Source: an uncultured bacterium (GTDB lineage Bacteria; Verrucomicrobiota; Kiritimatiellia; PWTM01). Taken from it: a stretch of DNA of 64,000 bases. Shown here piece by piece: positions 1 to 9,585 of the stretch (within the stretch, counting starts at the first letter, position 1; every line of letters begins with the position of its first letter). The stretch lies in the NCBI GenBank assembly GCA_938010045.1, contig CALLFZ010000004.1:28107-92106 (forward strand), written 5' to 3'. The notes under the pieces were generated by a model. It ran no database searches and had not been told where the DNA came from. It worked only from the letters and a program-made list of their open reading frames with translations. A program made the position numbers and the translations under genes.

Positions 1-1256
1 GCGACCCGGATCGTTCGCTTCTCGAACGCGAGCGCGCGGCCGCTCAGAACCGCGGCCAGACGATCCAGACCTTCACCGACTTGCGCAAGTTGTACGAATC
101 GCCCGAGGTCGACGCGGTCTGCATTGCGACCCCCAACCACTGGCACTCGCTGGCTGCCATCTGGGCTCTACAAGCCGGCAAGGATGTCTATGTCGAGAAG
201 CCAATCTCCCACAACATTTGGGAAGGACGCAAACTCGTCGAAGCCGCCCGCAAGTACAACCGTATCGTGATGGTGGGCACCCAGAACCGTTCGAACGAGG
301 GGCTGGCCGCCGCGTTCCGGCACATCGCGGAGGGACACCTCGGGCCCATCCGGCTGGTGCGCGGTTTCTGCTACAAGCGGCGTCCCTCCATCGGCAAGGT
401 CTCCGGTCCGCAGCCGATCCCGCCGGAGGTGGACTATGACCTCTGGTGCGGGCCCGCACCGAAGGGACCACTGATGCGCCAGCGCCTGCATTACGACTGG
501 CACTGGGTCTGGGAAACCGGCAACGGCGACATCGGTAACCAAGGCATTCATGAATTGGACATGTGCCGGTGGGCGCTCGGCGACCCGCCCGCCCCGCGCC
601 GTGTCATCTGCATCGGCGGCCGCTACGTCTACGACGACGACGCGACCACGCCAAACACACAGATCGCATTCTACGACTTCGAAACGGCGCCTGTACTCTT
701 CGAGGTCCGCGGCCTGCCCATGACCACTGGCATGGAAACGATGGATCATTATCGCGGCATTCGGATCGGCATCGTCATCGAATGCGAAGGCGGATGGTAC
801 GCCGGCGGACAAGGCGGCGGCTGGACGTACGACCGCGACGGCCAGAAAGTGCAGCAGTTCCCGGCCGCAGGGACCGAGCGCCACATCGAGCACTTCATCG
901 AGGCGGTGCGCAGCCGCGATGCGCGCCACATCACTGCCCCGATTGAGGGCGGCCACCTCTCAAGCGCCCTGCCTCACATGGCCAACATCTCCTACCGCCT
1001 CGGCCGGCAGCTCCACCCAGATGCCGTCCGCGAGGAGATCCGCTCCCTGCCCGGCGGCGAGGAGGCGTTTCAACGGTTCGCCGAGCATTTGCGCGCGAAC
1101 GATGTTGATCTGGACAAGGATCGCGTCGTTCTCGGCCCGATGCTGGACTACGACGCCACGGCCGAGCGCTTCCGGGGCTTGTGGACCGGCCGGCGCGCCA
1201 ACCGCCTTCTCTCGCGGGAGTACCGGCCGCCCTACGTCGTGCCAGAACAGGTCTGA
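1..1256 (+). CDS. Gfo/Idh/MocA family oxidoreductase, 5'-truncated by the window edge
   Basis: Frame is open from base 3 (DPDRSLLE...TFTDLRKLYE). Motifs ATPNHWH, GKDVYVEKP, DYDLWCGPAP and GNGDIGNQGIHELD. Confidence 0.9.
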   Translation, partial: DPDRSLLERERAAAQNRGQTIQTFTDLRKLYESPEVDAVCIATPNHWHSLAAIWALQAGKDVYVEKPISHNIWEGRKLVEAARKYNRIVMVGTQNRSNEGLAAAFRHIAEGHLGPIRLVRGFCYKRRPSIGKVSGPQPIPPEVDYDLWCGPAPKGPLMRQRLHYDWHWVWETGNGDIGNQGIHELDMCRWALGDPPAPRRVICIGGRYVYDDDATTPNTQIAFYDFETAPVLFEVRGLPMTTGMETMDHYRGIRIGIVIECEGGWYAGGQGGGWTYDRDGQKVQQFPAAGTERHIEHFIEAVRSRDARHITAPIEGGHLSSALPHMANISYRLGRQLHPDAVREEIRSLPGGEEAFQRFAEHLRANDVDLDKDRVVLGPMLDYDATAERFRGLWTGRRANRLLSREYRPPYVVPEQV

Positions 1257-1428
1257 CCGCCGTCCGGCCCGCCCAACGACCGCCCGTCCGCGGCCCCAAC
1301 TGCGGGTCGCCCGGCTCGGTTTTTTGACTCGTGGGCGATACAATCCGCAACCGGACGATCTTCCAGGCCCGAGCGCCGAGTGGGCAGGTTCGGTTCGCCC
1401 ACCCGCGGGGCCGAGCGGAGGATGAGCC

Positions 1429-1746
1429 ATGGGCTTCTTTCGAAAGTGGCACGATGTGGCGGCGGAGTCGGATTTCACCGAGACCGACCGGCAGGTGGTC
1501 GTCGCAGACGGCGAGCAGATTCTGCTCGTGAAAGACGGCGACCGGATTCACGCCGTGTCCGCGATCTGCACCCACGAATACGCCCAGATGGTCGGCGGCA
1601 CGGTGTCGGGACATGAGATCGAGTGTCCTCTGCACGGCGCACGGTTCGACCTTCGCACCGGCACGAACCTCACACCGCCCGCGACGCGACCGCTCGAAGT
1701 CTTTGAGACGAAAGTCGAGAACGGCCGCGTTTGGGTTCGGGTCTGA
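1429..1746 (+). CDS. Rieske-type [2Fe-2S] ferredoxin
   Basis: CTH...CPLHGARFDLRTG Rieske ligand boxes; 105 aa; GGAGGA-like RBS upstream. Confidence 0.9.
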   Translation: MGFFRKWHDVAAESDFTETDRQVVVADGEQILLVKDGDRIHAVSAICTHEYAQMVGGTVSGHEIECPLHGARFDLRTGTNLTPPATRPLEVFETKVENGRVWVRV

Positions 1747-1753
1747 TGGTCCG

Positions 1754-2029
1754 ATGCGCCGGCCGGTCGAATGGGTCGAACACGACGCGGAAGGTTGGCG
1801 CGTCCGCATTCGTGTTGTGTTTCACGGAACCCACTCGATCTCTTGGGCCCGGCGGCGCGATGACGAAGAATGCTGGACCCATGGAGTTGAGCCCACGCTC
1901 GAGCAGTGGGATTTTCTTCTGCGGAAGGTAGAAGACCGCTACCGGCGACGCGCGGCTTCGTGGGAGGATGTGTTGCGCGTGCGGGCGTGGCGGCGGAAGG
2001 CCGGCGGCGGAGCGGCGGCGCAGGATTGA
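1754..2029 (+). CDS. Hypothetical protein (~91 aa, Trp-rich)
   Basis: ATG at 1754, just after the Rieske stop. MRRPVEWVEHDAEGWRVRIRV...PTLEQWDFLLRKVEDRYRRR looks like a genuine protein and fills the gap to panD. Confidence 0.6.
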   Translation: MRRPVEWVEHDAEGWRVRIRVVFHGTHSISWARRRDDEECWTHGVEPTLEQWDFLLRKVEDRYRRRAASWEDVLRVRAWRRKAGGGAAAQD

Positions 2030-2087
2030 CTTGCTGGGCCCGGCGGCGGAGACTCATGAACAGGCCGAAGACCCGGTTCATCGATCC

Positions 2088-2477
2088 ATGCAGCGAATCA
2101 TGTTGAAATCCAAAATCCACCGCGCGGTCGTGACCGCGGTGGACCTGCACTACGAAGGCAGCCTCGCGCTCGACGAGGCGCTGCTTCGCGCCGCAGACAT
2201 CGCGCCGGGCGAGCAGGTGCATGTGTATAATGTCGCGAACGGGCAGCGTTGGATCACCTATGCCATCCCCGCGCCGGCCGGTTCGGGCACCGTGATGCTG
2301 AACGGCGCCGCCGCTCGGCTCGGCGTGCCTGGCGACCCGCTGATCATCGCGACGTTCGCCGTGATGGAGGATCGTGAAGTGGGGACGTTCCGTCCCACCA
2401 TCGTCCAGGTCGCGCCGGGCAACCGCGTCGGCCGCCGGCCACGCCGGGCCCGGAACGATGAGGAGCAGACACGATGA
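2088..2477 (+). CDS. panD: Aspartate 1-decarboxylase
   Basis: MQRIMLKSKIHRA...YEGS (Gly-Ser autocleavage site), TYAI, NGAAARL. Confidence 0.95.
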   Translation: MQRIMLKSKIHRAVVTAVDLHYEGSLALDEALLRAADIAPGEQVHVYNVANGQRWITYAIPAPAGSGTVMLNGAAARLGVPGDPLIIATFAVMEDREVGTFRPTIVQVAPGNRVGRRPRRARNDEEQTR

Positions 2478-3271
2478 ACGTCCGGTTCTGGATCGCGGCG
2501 GGCATGGCGTTCGCCGCTACGATCGCGCCGGCCCGCACGTGGACCAGCGCCAGCGGCAACACGGTTGAGGCGGAGTTCAAGGCGCTGCAAGGCGTTATGG
2601 TCATCCTCGAATCGGCCGACGGTAAACGCCTCATGATTCCGCTGTCGCAGCTCAGCGCCGAGGATCAGCAGTTCGTGCGGGAACAGGCGGGCCCCAAACC
2701 GCCCGCCATACCGTCCCTGCCCCCCCGCCACACGAGGGAGCCGCATTCCTCCCGTACCGCCCCAGTGCCCTCCTCCACCCCGGCCGTGCTGACCAGCCCA
2801 GCCAGCGCGAAAAAAGATTCGAAAGAGGGCAAGGGCACGCCTCTGACTGAGGCGGAGATCGCCGCCTTCAAGCGCGAGATCACCGATGAACGTTCCGGTG
2901 ACAAGTACGAGTTCGTCGGGGGCATGACCGTGAAGAAGTTTTTGGGCGATAAGGAGCCCAACTGGAAAGAGGGCGATCCGATCCCGTTGATCATCACCTG
3001 CGAGCTGGTCCGCGTTCGAACGAAGAAAGATGGCACCGCCGAACGGAAGCGCGAAACCGGGACCGCCGAATTTTATGTGGTGGATGAGGCCGGAACCGTC
3101 CTGTTCCGTAAGAAAGAACGGCTCGATGCGCTCGAGCCCGAACCCGATAAAGGCTACAAGGACGAACTTCCGAAGCCGGGCAAGTACACGCTGGTGATCT
3201 GGACCGATTTCAAAGGCACTCGGCTGGGAATGACCGAGACTGCCCAGGTGCGCCCACCCGTGCGGCGGTGA
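2474..3271 (+). CDS. Secreted SHD1-domain protein with Pro-rich linker and C-terminal beta-sandwich
   Basis: Signal peptide; RTWTSASGNTVEAEF...IPLSQLSAEDQQFV SHD1 pattern; ATGA overlap with panD. Confidence 0.75.
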   Translation: MNVRFWIAAGMAFAATIAPARTWTSASGNTVEAEFKALQGVMVILESADGKRLMIPLSQLSAEDQQFVREQAGPKPPAIPSLPPRHTREPHSSRTAPVPSSTPAVLTSPASAKKDSKEGKGTPLTEAEIAAFKREITDERSGDKYEFVGGMTVKKFLGDKEPNWKEGDPIPLIITCELVRVRTKKDGTAERKRETGTAEFYVVDEAGTVLFRKKERLDALEPEPDKGYKDELPKPGKYTLVIWTDFKGTRLGMTETAQVRPPVRR

Positions 3272-3692
3272 CCCGCGCCTTCGACGGCCCGCGGCACAAC
3301 ACGTCGGCCGGTTCAGAATCCTTCCCGCTCTGGCTTGACTCTCGGATCTGATGCGCGACCGGAAGCACGCCGAGAGCCCGCGACCTTTCCCGGGGAGCAG
3401 ATGGGTCCCGCCCTTGGAACAGGGGCCCCACGTCCGTCCAAGCCATGGAAAGCTCTCCTCCGCGACCCGAAATCGTCCTGTTGACCCCACGCCCCATGGG
3501 TTGGTTCTCCAGCGAGCGAACTTCATATGCGGCGCCTGCAGCTGCCGGTGTTCGCGGGCGCAGCCTGTGCCCAGCCACGCGGTGATGCCGCCGTCGCGAC
3601 GGCATTTTGACGGCCGCCGAAGGCTGTGATAGCGTGCATCTCGGTCGGGATACGGCATCTGCTGTTGCCGGCCGACGATCCCTCTGGCGGAG

Positions 3693-4010
3693 GTGGAAAC
3701 CGTGAGGCGGAAGTTCATCGAGCCGGACGATGACCTCGGTGGGCCCTGCGATGTCCATGGCCAGCAGGGGCTCGCGGTGTGCGCGTTGTGTGGGGCCGAG
3801 TTTTGCGCGATGTGCTTTCCGGGCAGCGAACTCTGCCCCCACTGTGCCGCCGAGGCGGAGGATGCCTCGCTGGGCGAGGACTTCGACGGCGCGGCTGAGG
3901 ACTCCTGGTCCGACGAAGACCCACTCGCGGCCGCAGATGAGGAGGACGAGTGGAATCTGGAGGAGGACCAGCCGCCCGACGAGGACGAGGACGCTCCCCG
4001 CCGCTGGTGA
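3693..4010 (+). CDS. Small Cys/His zinc-binding protein with highly acidic C-terminal tail
   Basis: CDVH, CALC, CAMC and CPHC motifs followed by a D/E-rich tail; ends 21 bp before mutS. Confidence 0.65.
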   Translation: METVRRKFIEPDDDLGGPCDVHGQQGLAVCALCGAEFCAMCFPGSELCPHCAAEAEDASLGEDFDGAAEDSWSDEDPLAAADEEDEWNLEEDQPPDEDEDAPRRW

Positions 4011-4031
4011 TGTTCCTCGCCGCGGCCTCCC

Positions 4032-6539
4032 ATGACTGATCAACTGACGCCGATGATGGCGCAGTATCGGCGCCTGCGCGCTGGGCTACCTGCCGACACC
4101 ATCCTCTTTTTCCGACTGGGCGATTTCTATGAAATGTTCGGTGAGGACGCGATCCGCGCGGCGGGCATCCTCGATATCGCGCTCACGCGCCGGCAGGCGA
4201 TCCCGATGTGCGGGGTGCCGTACCACGCCGCGGATTCCTATATCGCCAAACTGCTCGCCGCGGGTCTGAAGGTCGCCGTCTGCGATCAATTGGAAGATCC
4301 CTCGACGGCGAAGGGACTCGTCCGCCGCGACATCACGCGCGTCGTCACGCCGGGGGCTCGGATTGAGGACGAACTCCTCGAGTCACGGCAGCACAACTGG
4401 CTTGCCGGTCTCTGCGGCGGGGCGGCCGGCTGGGGACTGGCGATGCTCGAACTCTCGACCGGCGAATTCTGGGTCGAGGAGAGCGAATCCACCGAGCCAA
4501 TCCGCGAGCTGTTGGCGAAGTACCGGCCCGCGGAAGTCGTGGTGCCGGAGGACATGGCCGAGCCTCCGATCCCCGCGGTCGGCGGTGCCGCGCCCATGCT
4601 GACCCGTCTCGACGCCTGGCGGTTCGACCCGGCTTCGGCGCGCGAGGCGCTGCTGCGTCACTTCGGCGTGGTTTCGCTGGACGGTTTCGACTGCGAGGGC
4701 GCTCCGATGGCGGTGGCCGCCGCGGGCGCGGTGTTGCACTATGTGACGGCCGATCTGCGCCGCAGCGCCGCGCATGTGCGCACGATGTGGCGCCGCCGCT
4801 CGTCCGATGACCTCGTGCTCGATGAGGCCACGATCGCGAACCTCGAGCTGGTGATATCCCGCTCGGGCCCCTCCGGGCCGACCCTGCTGCGCGTGCTCGA
4901 TGTCACCTGTACGCCGATGGGCACGCGGCGCCTCCGCGACTGGTTGCTGCGCCCCCTCGCCAACCGCGCCGCGATCGAGGCGCGGCATGAGACCGTCGCC
5001 GCACTGATCGCACGGCGCGACGCGCTGCGCCGCCTGCGAGAAGCGCTCGGCGGCATCCGCGACATGGAGCGTATCGTCGCGCGGCTGGGCGGCGGCGGCA
5101 CCGCGCGGGACGCGCGCGCGCTCGCCGATTCGCTGCGGCGCCTACCGGACGTTCGGACCGTGGCCGCCTCGCTCGGCACACCGCTGGCCGACCGCCTCGC
5201 GGCCGACGTGGATCCAATGCCCGACCTGCTCGATCGGATGGATCGGACGCTCGTGGACGAACCGCCCGCCGCGCTGCGCGAGGGCGGTCTGATCCGGCCC
5301 GGATTTCACCCGGAGCTCGATGAGCTGCGACGGGCCGCCGCCGAGGGTCGCGACTGGATCGCTCGCTTCCAGGCCCACGAGCAGCAGCGCACCGGCATCC
5401 GTTCCCTGAAGGTACGGCACAACCGAGTCTTCGGCTACTACATCGAGGTCACCCGCGCAAACCTTGGCGCGGTGCCGCCGGACTACATCCGAAAGCAGAC
5501 GCTCGCGAACGGTGAGCGGTTCGTCACGCCCGAGCTCAAGGAATACGAAAACCGCATCCTCGGCGCTCAGGAACGCGCGATCGAACTTGAGTTTGAGCTC
5601 TTCCAAGAGCTGCGCTCGGAAATCGTCGCCCGCAGCGATGGACTTTTGCGCGCCGCGGCTGCGGTGGCGGCGCTCGACGTGATGGCCGCGTTCGCCGACC
5701 GCGCGATCGCGCGGCGCTACGTTCGCCCCCGGATGCACGAGGGTGACCGGCTACGCATTCGCGGCGGCCGCCACCCGGTGATCGAGACGCTGCCCGAGGC
5801 GGAGCGCTTCGTGCCGAACGACACGCTGCTTGACACCAGCGCCCACCAGATCGCGATCATCACGGGGCCCAACATGGCCGGCAAATCCACCTACATCCGC
5901 CAGGTCGCGCTGATCACGATCCTCGCGCACGTCGGCTCCTTCGTGCCCGCGGAGGAGGCCGAGATCCCGATCACCGACCGCGTGTTCACCCGCGTCGGCG
6001 CGGGCGACGACCTGGCGCGCGGCCGCAGCACCTTCATGGTCGAGATGCAGGAAACCGCCAACATCCTGAACCACGCGACGCCGCGCAGCCTAATTGTGCT
6101 CGACGAGATCGGCCGCGGCACCAGCACGTTTGACGGCATCAGCCTGGCGTGGGCCGTGGCCGAATACCTGCACAACACGCCCGAGGTCAAAGCGAAAACA
6201 CTCTTCGCGACGCACTACCACGAGCTCACCGACCTCGCGCTCACGCTGCCCGGCGTGAAGAACTACAACGTGCGCATCCGTGAGCAGGGCGATCACATCG
6301 CGTTTCTGCGCCGCATCGAGCCCGGTGCGGCCGACAAGAGCTACGGGATCCACGTCGCCCGGCTCGCCGGTTTGCCGCCCGCCGTGATCGAGCGCGCCCA
6401 GGAAATTCTCGTCAATCTCGAAGAGGGCGAGTTCGCGGACGCGGGGCAGCCGCGGCTCGCACGCCGGCGCACCCGCCGGTCCGCCGCCCTGAACGACCGC
6501 GGGCGTGAGCTGCCGCTCTTCGATGAGGGCGACGGCTGA
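4032..6539 (+). CDS. mutS: DNA mismatch repair protein MutS
   Basis: TPMMAQY, GDFYEMF mismatch-binding motif, GPNMAGKS Walker A, STFMVEM, LDEIGRGT, FATHYHEL, C-terminal ELPLF clamp-like motif. Confidence 0.98.
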   Translation: MTDQLTPMMAQYRRLRAGLPADTILFFRLGDFYEMFGEDAIRAAGILDIALTRRQAIPMCGVPYHAADSYIAKLLAAGLKVAVCDQLEDPSTAKGLVRRDITRVVTPGARIEDELLESRQHNWLAGLCGGAAGWGLAMLELSTGEFWVEESESTEPIRELLAKYRPAEVVVPEDMAEPPIPAVGGAAPMLTRLDAWRFDPASAREALLRHFGVVSLDGFDCEGAPMAVAAAGAVLHYVTADLRRSAAHVRTMWRRRSSDDLVLDEATIANLELVISRSGPSGPTLLRVLDVTCTPMGTRRLRDWLLRPLANRAAIEARHETVAALIARRDALRRLREALGGIRDMERIVARLGGGGTARDARALADSLRRLPDVRTVAASLGTPLADRLAADVDPMPDLLDRMDRTLVDEPPAALREGGLIRPGFHPELDELRRAAAEGRDWIARFQAHEQQRTGIRSLKVRHNRVFGYYIEVTRANLGAVPPDYIRKQTLANGERFVTPELKEYENRILGAQERAIELEFELFQELRSEIVARSDGLLRAAAAVAALDVMAAFADRAIARRYVRPRMHEGDRLRIRGGRHPVIETLPEAERFVPNDTLLDTSAHQIAIITGPNMAGKSTYIRQVALITILAHVGSFVPAEEAEIPITDRVFTRVGAGDDLARGRSTFMVEMQETANILNHATPRSLIVLDEIGRGTSTFDGISLAWAVAEYLHNTPEVKAKTLFATHYHELTDLALTLPGVKNYNVRIREQGDHIAFLRRIEPGAADKSYGIHVARLAGLPPAVIERAQEILVNLEEGEFADAGQPRLARRRTRRSAALNDRGRELPLFDEGDG

Positions 6540-6602
6540 GCGTGTCCAACCCGGACCGCCGCGCGGAAGATGGGTCAGAACGGTCCACGGGAGTCCGAAG
6601 CG

Positions 6603-7451
6603 ATGATCATCATCGAACCGCACATTCACATGTACACGCGCACGACCGACGACTACACCGCGATGTACCGCGAGGGCATCCGTTGTGTCGTGGAGCCGTC
6701 CTTCTGGCTCGGCTCTGCGCGGCGCTACGCGGGAACGTTCTGGGACTACTTCCGACACAGCCTTGAGTTCGAGGCCGTGCGCGCGGAGCGGTATGGGATT
6801 GATCACTTCGCGTGCGTCGCGGTGAACCCGAAAGAGGCGGAAGATCGCGCGCTGGCCCACGAAGTGCTCGACGGCATCGGGCCGTACCTCGACCATCCGC
6901 GCTGCGTCGCGATCGGCGAGATTGGCTTCAACCGGATCACGCGCAACGAGGAGGAGATGTTCCTGCGACAGCTCGAGATGGCGAAGGCGCGCGGCATGCT
7001 GATCCTGATTCACACGCCGCACGATACGCCCGAGGTGCGCAAGCGGGATGGCGTCGAGCGGACACTCGCGATCCTGCGCGAGCTCAACTACGACGAGGGG
7101 CGGATCATTGTCGACCACAACACGGAGGACACGATGGACCTGACGCGGCGCACCGGCGTCTGGGCGGGCATGACCGTGTATCCATACTCGAAGCTCAACC
7201 CTGAGCGGGTGGTCCACCTGCTGCGCCGATGGGGTATCGAGCGTTCGCTCGTGAATAGCTCGGCGGACTGGGGCGTCTCCGATCCCTGCTCGCTGCCGAA
7301 AGTCGCCCGCCACATGCGCGAACACGGTTTCACCGCCGAGCAGATCGAGCAACTGCTGTTCCACAACCCGATGGCTTTCTATGGCCAGTGCGATCGGTTC
7401 CGGCCGCGGCTCGACCTGCCGTATCAGGATCCCTCGCTGTACCAGCGGTGA
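6603..7451 (+). CDS. TatD-family metallohydrolase (EboB-like)
   Basis: PHIHMYTRTTDDY, IGEIG, HTPH, VDHN, NSSADWG. Confidence 0.85.
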   Translation: MIIIEPHIHMYTRTTDDYTAMYREGIRCVVEPSFWLGSARRYAGTFWDYFRHSLEFEAVRAERYGIDHFACVAVNPKEAEDRALAHEVLDGIGPYLDHPRCVAIGEIGFNRITRNEEEMFLRQLEMAKARGMLILIHTPHDTPEVRKRDGVERTLAILRELNYDEGRIIVDHNTEDTMDLTRRTGVWAGMTVYPYSKLNPERVVHLLRRWGIERSLVNSSADWGVSDPCSLPKVARHMREHGFTAEQIEQLLFHNPMAFYGQCDRFRPRLDLPYQDPSLYQR

Positions 7452-8179
7452 ACCCGCTGGGGCGACGTCTTGAGCTGTGGCTGCGCGAACTGCGCGCGGT
7501 GAACCTGCTCACCGTGCCGGGCGATCCATTGGCCGGTGCGGTGCTGGCCGCGGCGGGCGCGAGGTTGCGCCCGGGGCCGGTTGCGGCCGCCATGGGCGCC
7601 GCGATGGCGCTCTATGCGGCCGGCATTTTGGACAACGACCTCACCGGCCTCGAGGAGGATCGCCGCCTCGGCCGGTCGCGACCGCTCGCGACCGGCGAGC
7701 TTCCCATCGGGGCCGCTCGTCGGGTCCGGGCGATGTTGTTCGTCGCCGGCCTGATGCTCGCCGCACTGGGAGGATGGCGGACCGCGGCGTTGGCCTTCGT
7801 GCTCGTCGGCTCCGTTCTCGCGTACCACCGCCCCCGGCGGCGCCACGCCTGGATGGGGCCCCTGCTGCTGGGTTCGTGTCGCGCGTTCAGCCTCCTCATG
7901 GGAGCGGTGGCGCAAACGGGCGGTCCACCCGGCCCCTACGCCATGGTCGCCGCGGCCGTCTGGCTGTTGCTCATCGCCGCACTCTCGGTGGCCGCGCGCG
8001 AGGAAGCCTCGATTCCGGGCCGGCCGGAGATGATCGGCCGCCTCCTCTGCGCGTGGCCACTCGTCCAGGCGACAGCGGCGATCCTATCGAGGGGGGGCGA
8101 GGCGCCATGGATCGCCGCCGCGCTCGCGTTGGCCGCATCGATCGCGTTGGGGTGGCGTCGCCGCTGGCCTCCCAGTTGA
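7448..8179 (+). CDS. UbiA-family prenyltransferase (EboC-like), short and divergent
   Basis: GTGA overlap with the TatD gene; LRAVNLLTVPGD, NDLTGLEED...RPL, GPLLLGSCR; multiple TM helices. Confidence 0.75.
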   Translation: MNPLGRRLELWLRELRAVNLLTVPGDPLAGAVLAAAGARLRPGPVAAAMGAAMALYAAGILDNDLTGLEEDRRLGRSRPLATGELPIGAARRVRAMLFVAGLMLAALGGWRTAALAFVLVGSVLAYHRPRRRHAWMGPLLLGSCRAFSLLMGAVAQTGGPPGPYAMVAAAVWLLLIAALSVAAREEASIPGRPEMIGRLLCAWPLVQATAAILSRGGEAPWIAAALALAASIALGWRRRWPPS

Positions 8180-8692
8180 ACAAAGGGATCGCCCGTGGCG
8201 CACCGTCAATCCTGTGGAGGAGCCGCCCCGTGGATCGAGTCGAGCGGCGATGCGTCGGGACGGATTCTCCGCACAGAACGCAACGGCCAAAGTGGCGGCG
8301 CAAGATGCCGCCGCATCTCGGGCACGAAACCAACGGAACCCAGCGGCGGCCCTTGGCCACCTCGCTTCTCACGGCCGGATCGGTGATGCGCGCAATTAGG
8401 TCGCGGTCGTCGAGGGCCGTACGGTTCTCGAGGAGCGACCCATCGCGCGGCACACAAGCGCATGCCGCTCGATCGGCGGCGCGAGCCACCCGAAAGGTTG
8501 GCTCCCCCGTCGGCGGGCCACGATGCAGGCGGCGCGCCCGGCGACGGCGGCGGCACGCTGAGGGTCCACGACCGGTGCGCCTGATGGAGCAGCGCTCCAG
8601 ATGGGCGTCGGGTCTGTGATCTTGCTCCCACGGCCGACCGCGGCGCAACGGGGCCCCGCGCGGGCGCCATTCGAACGCGCCGGACCGGCGGC

Positions 8693-9574
8693 TCAGCCGA
8701 ACCGGCCGGTGACGTAGGCGAGCGTCTCGGGCAGGTGGGGCTGCTGAAAGATCGTCGCGGTGGAACCGTACTCGATCAGCCGCCCGAGATACATGAAGGC
8801 GGTATAATCGCTGGTGCGCGCAGCCTGCTGCATGTTGTGCGTCACGATCACAATCGTGTACTCGCCGCGCAAGCCCTCCATGAGCTCCTCGATTTTGTTC
8901 GTCGCGATCGGGTCGAGCGCGGAACAGGGCTCGTCCATCAGCAGCACCTCCGGTTCCGCGGCGATCGCGCGCGCGATGCAGAGCCGCTGCTGCTGGCCGC
9001 CGGAGAGACCCATCGCGCTGTCGTGGAGGCGGTCCTTGACCTCGTCCCAAAGCGCCGCGCCGCGCAGGCTGCGCTCGCAGGCCTCGTCGAGCACGGCGCG
9101 GTCGCGCACGCCATCGATCCGCAGCGGATAGACGACATTCTCGTAGACCGACATCGGAAACGGGTTCGGCTTTTGAAAGACCATTCCCATCCGCTTTCGC
9201 AGATCGATCACATCCACGTGCGGCGCGAAGATGGACTCTCCGTTCAGCAAGATGTCGCCCGTCGTACGCACGGTGTCGACGAGGTCGTTGATGCGGTTGA
9301 TGGAGCGCAGCAGTGTGGACTTGCCGCAGCCCGAGGGGCCGACCAGCGCGGTGATGCGCCCCTTCGGGATGGGCATATGAATTTCAAACAAGGCCTGCTT
9401 GGGCCCGTACCACAAATTGAAGCCCCGCACGTCCACCACGGCGGTTTCGCGACGGAGATCATCATGCAGCTCGGTTTGCACGGCCTCGCCCGCCGCGATG
9501 GCGGCGAGTCGCCCGGCGGCGGAGACAGAGACATCGAGCGTCGTATCGAGCTTCGGCAGTTCGGACAGCGCCAT
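8693..9574 (-). CDS. pstB: Phosphate ABC transporter ATPase
   Basis: [45 protein letters not shown]. Confidence 0.97.
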   Translation of the reverse strand: MALSELPKLDTTLDVSVSAAGRLAAIAAGEAVQTELHDDLRRETAVVDVRGFNLWYGPKQALFEIHMPIPKGRITALVGPSGCGKSTLLRSINRINDLVDTVRTTGDILLNGESIFAPHVDVIDLRKRMGMVFQKPNPFPMSVYENVVYPLRIDGVRDRAVLDEACERSLRGAALWDEVKDRLHDSAMGLSGGQQQRLCIARAIAAEPEVLLMDEPCSALDPIATNKIEELMEGLRGEYTIVIVTHNMQQAARTSDYTAFMYLGRLIEYGSTATIFQQPHLPETLAYVTGRFG

Positions 9575-9585
9575 CGGCAGATCTC

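Noticed and set aside
1257-1330. Possible terminator ending in a T-run at about 1320-1326
   Set aside because: Only a very short stem precedes the T-run, so it cannot be supported.
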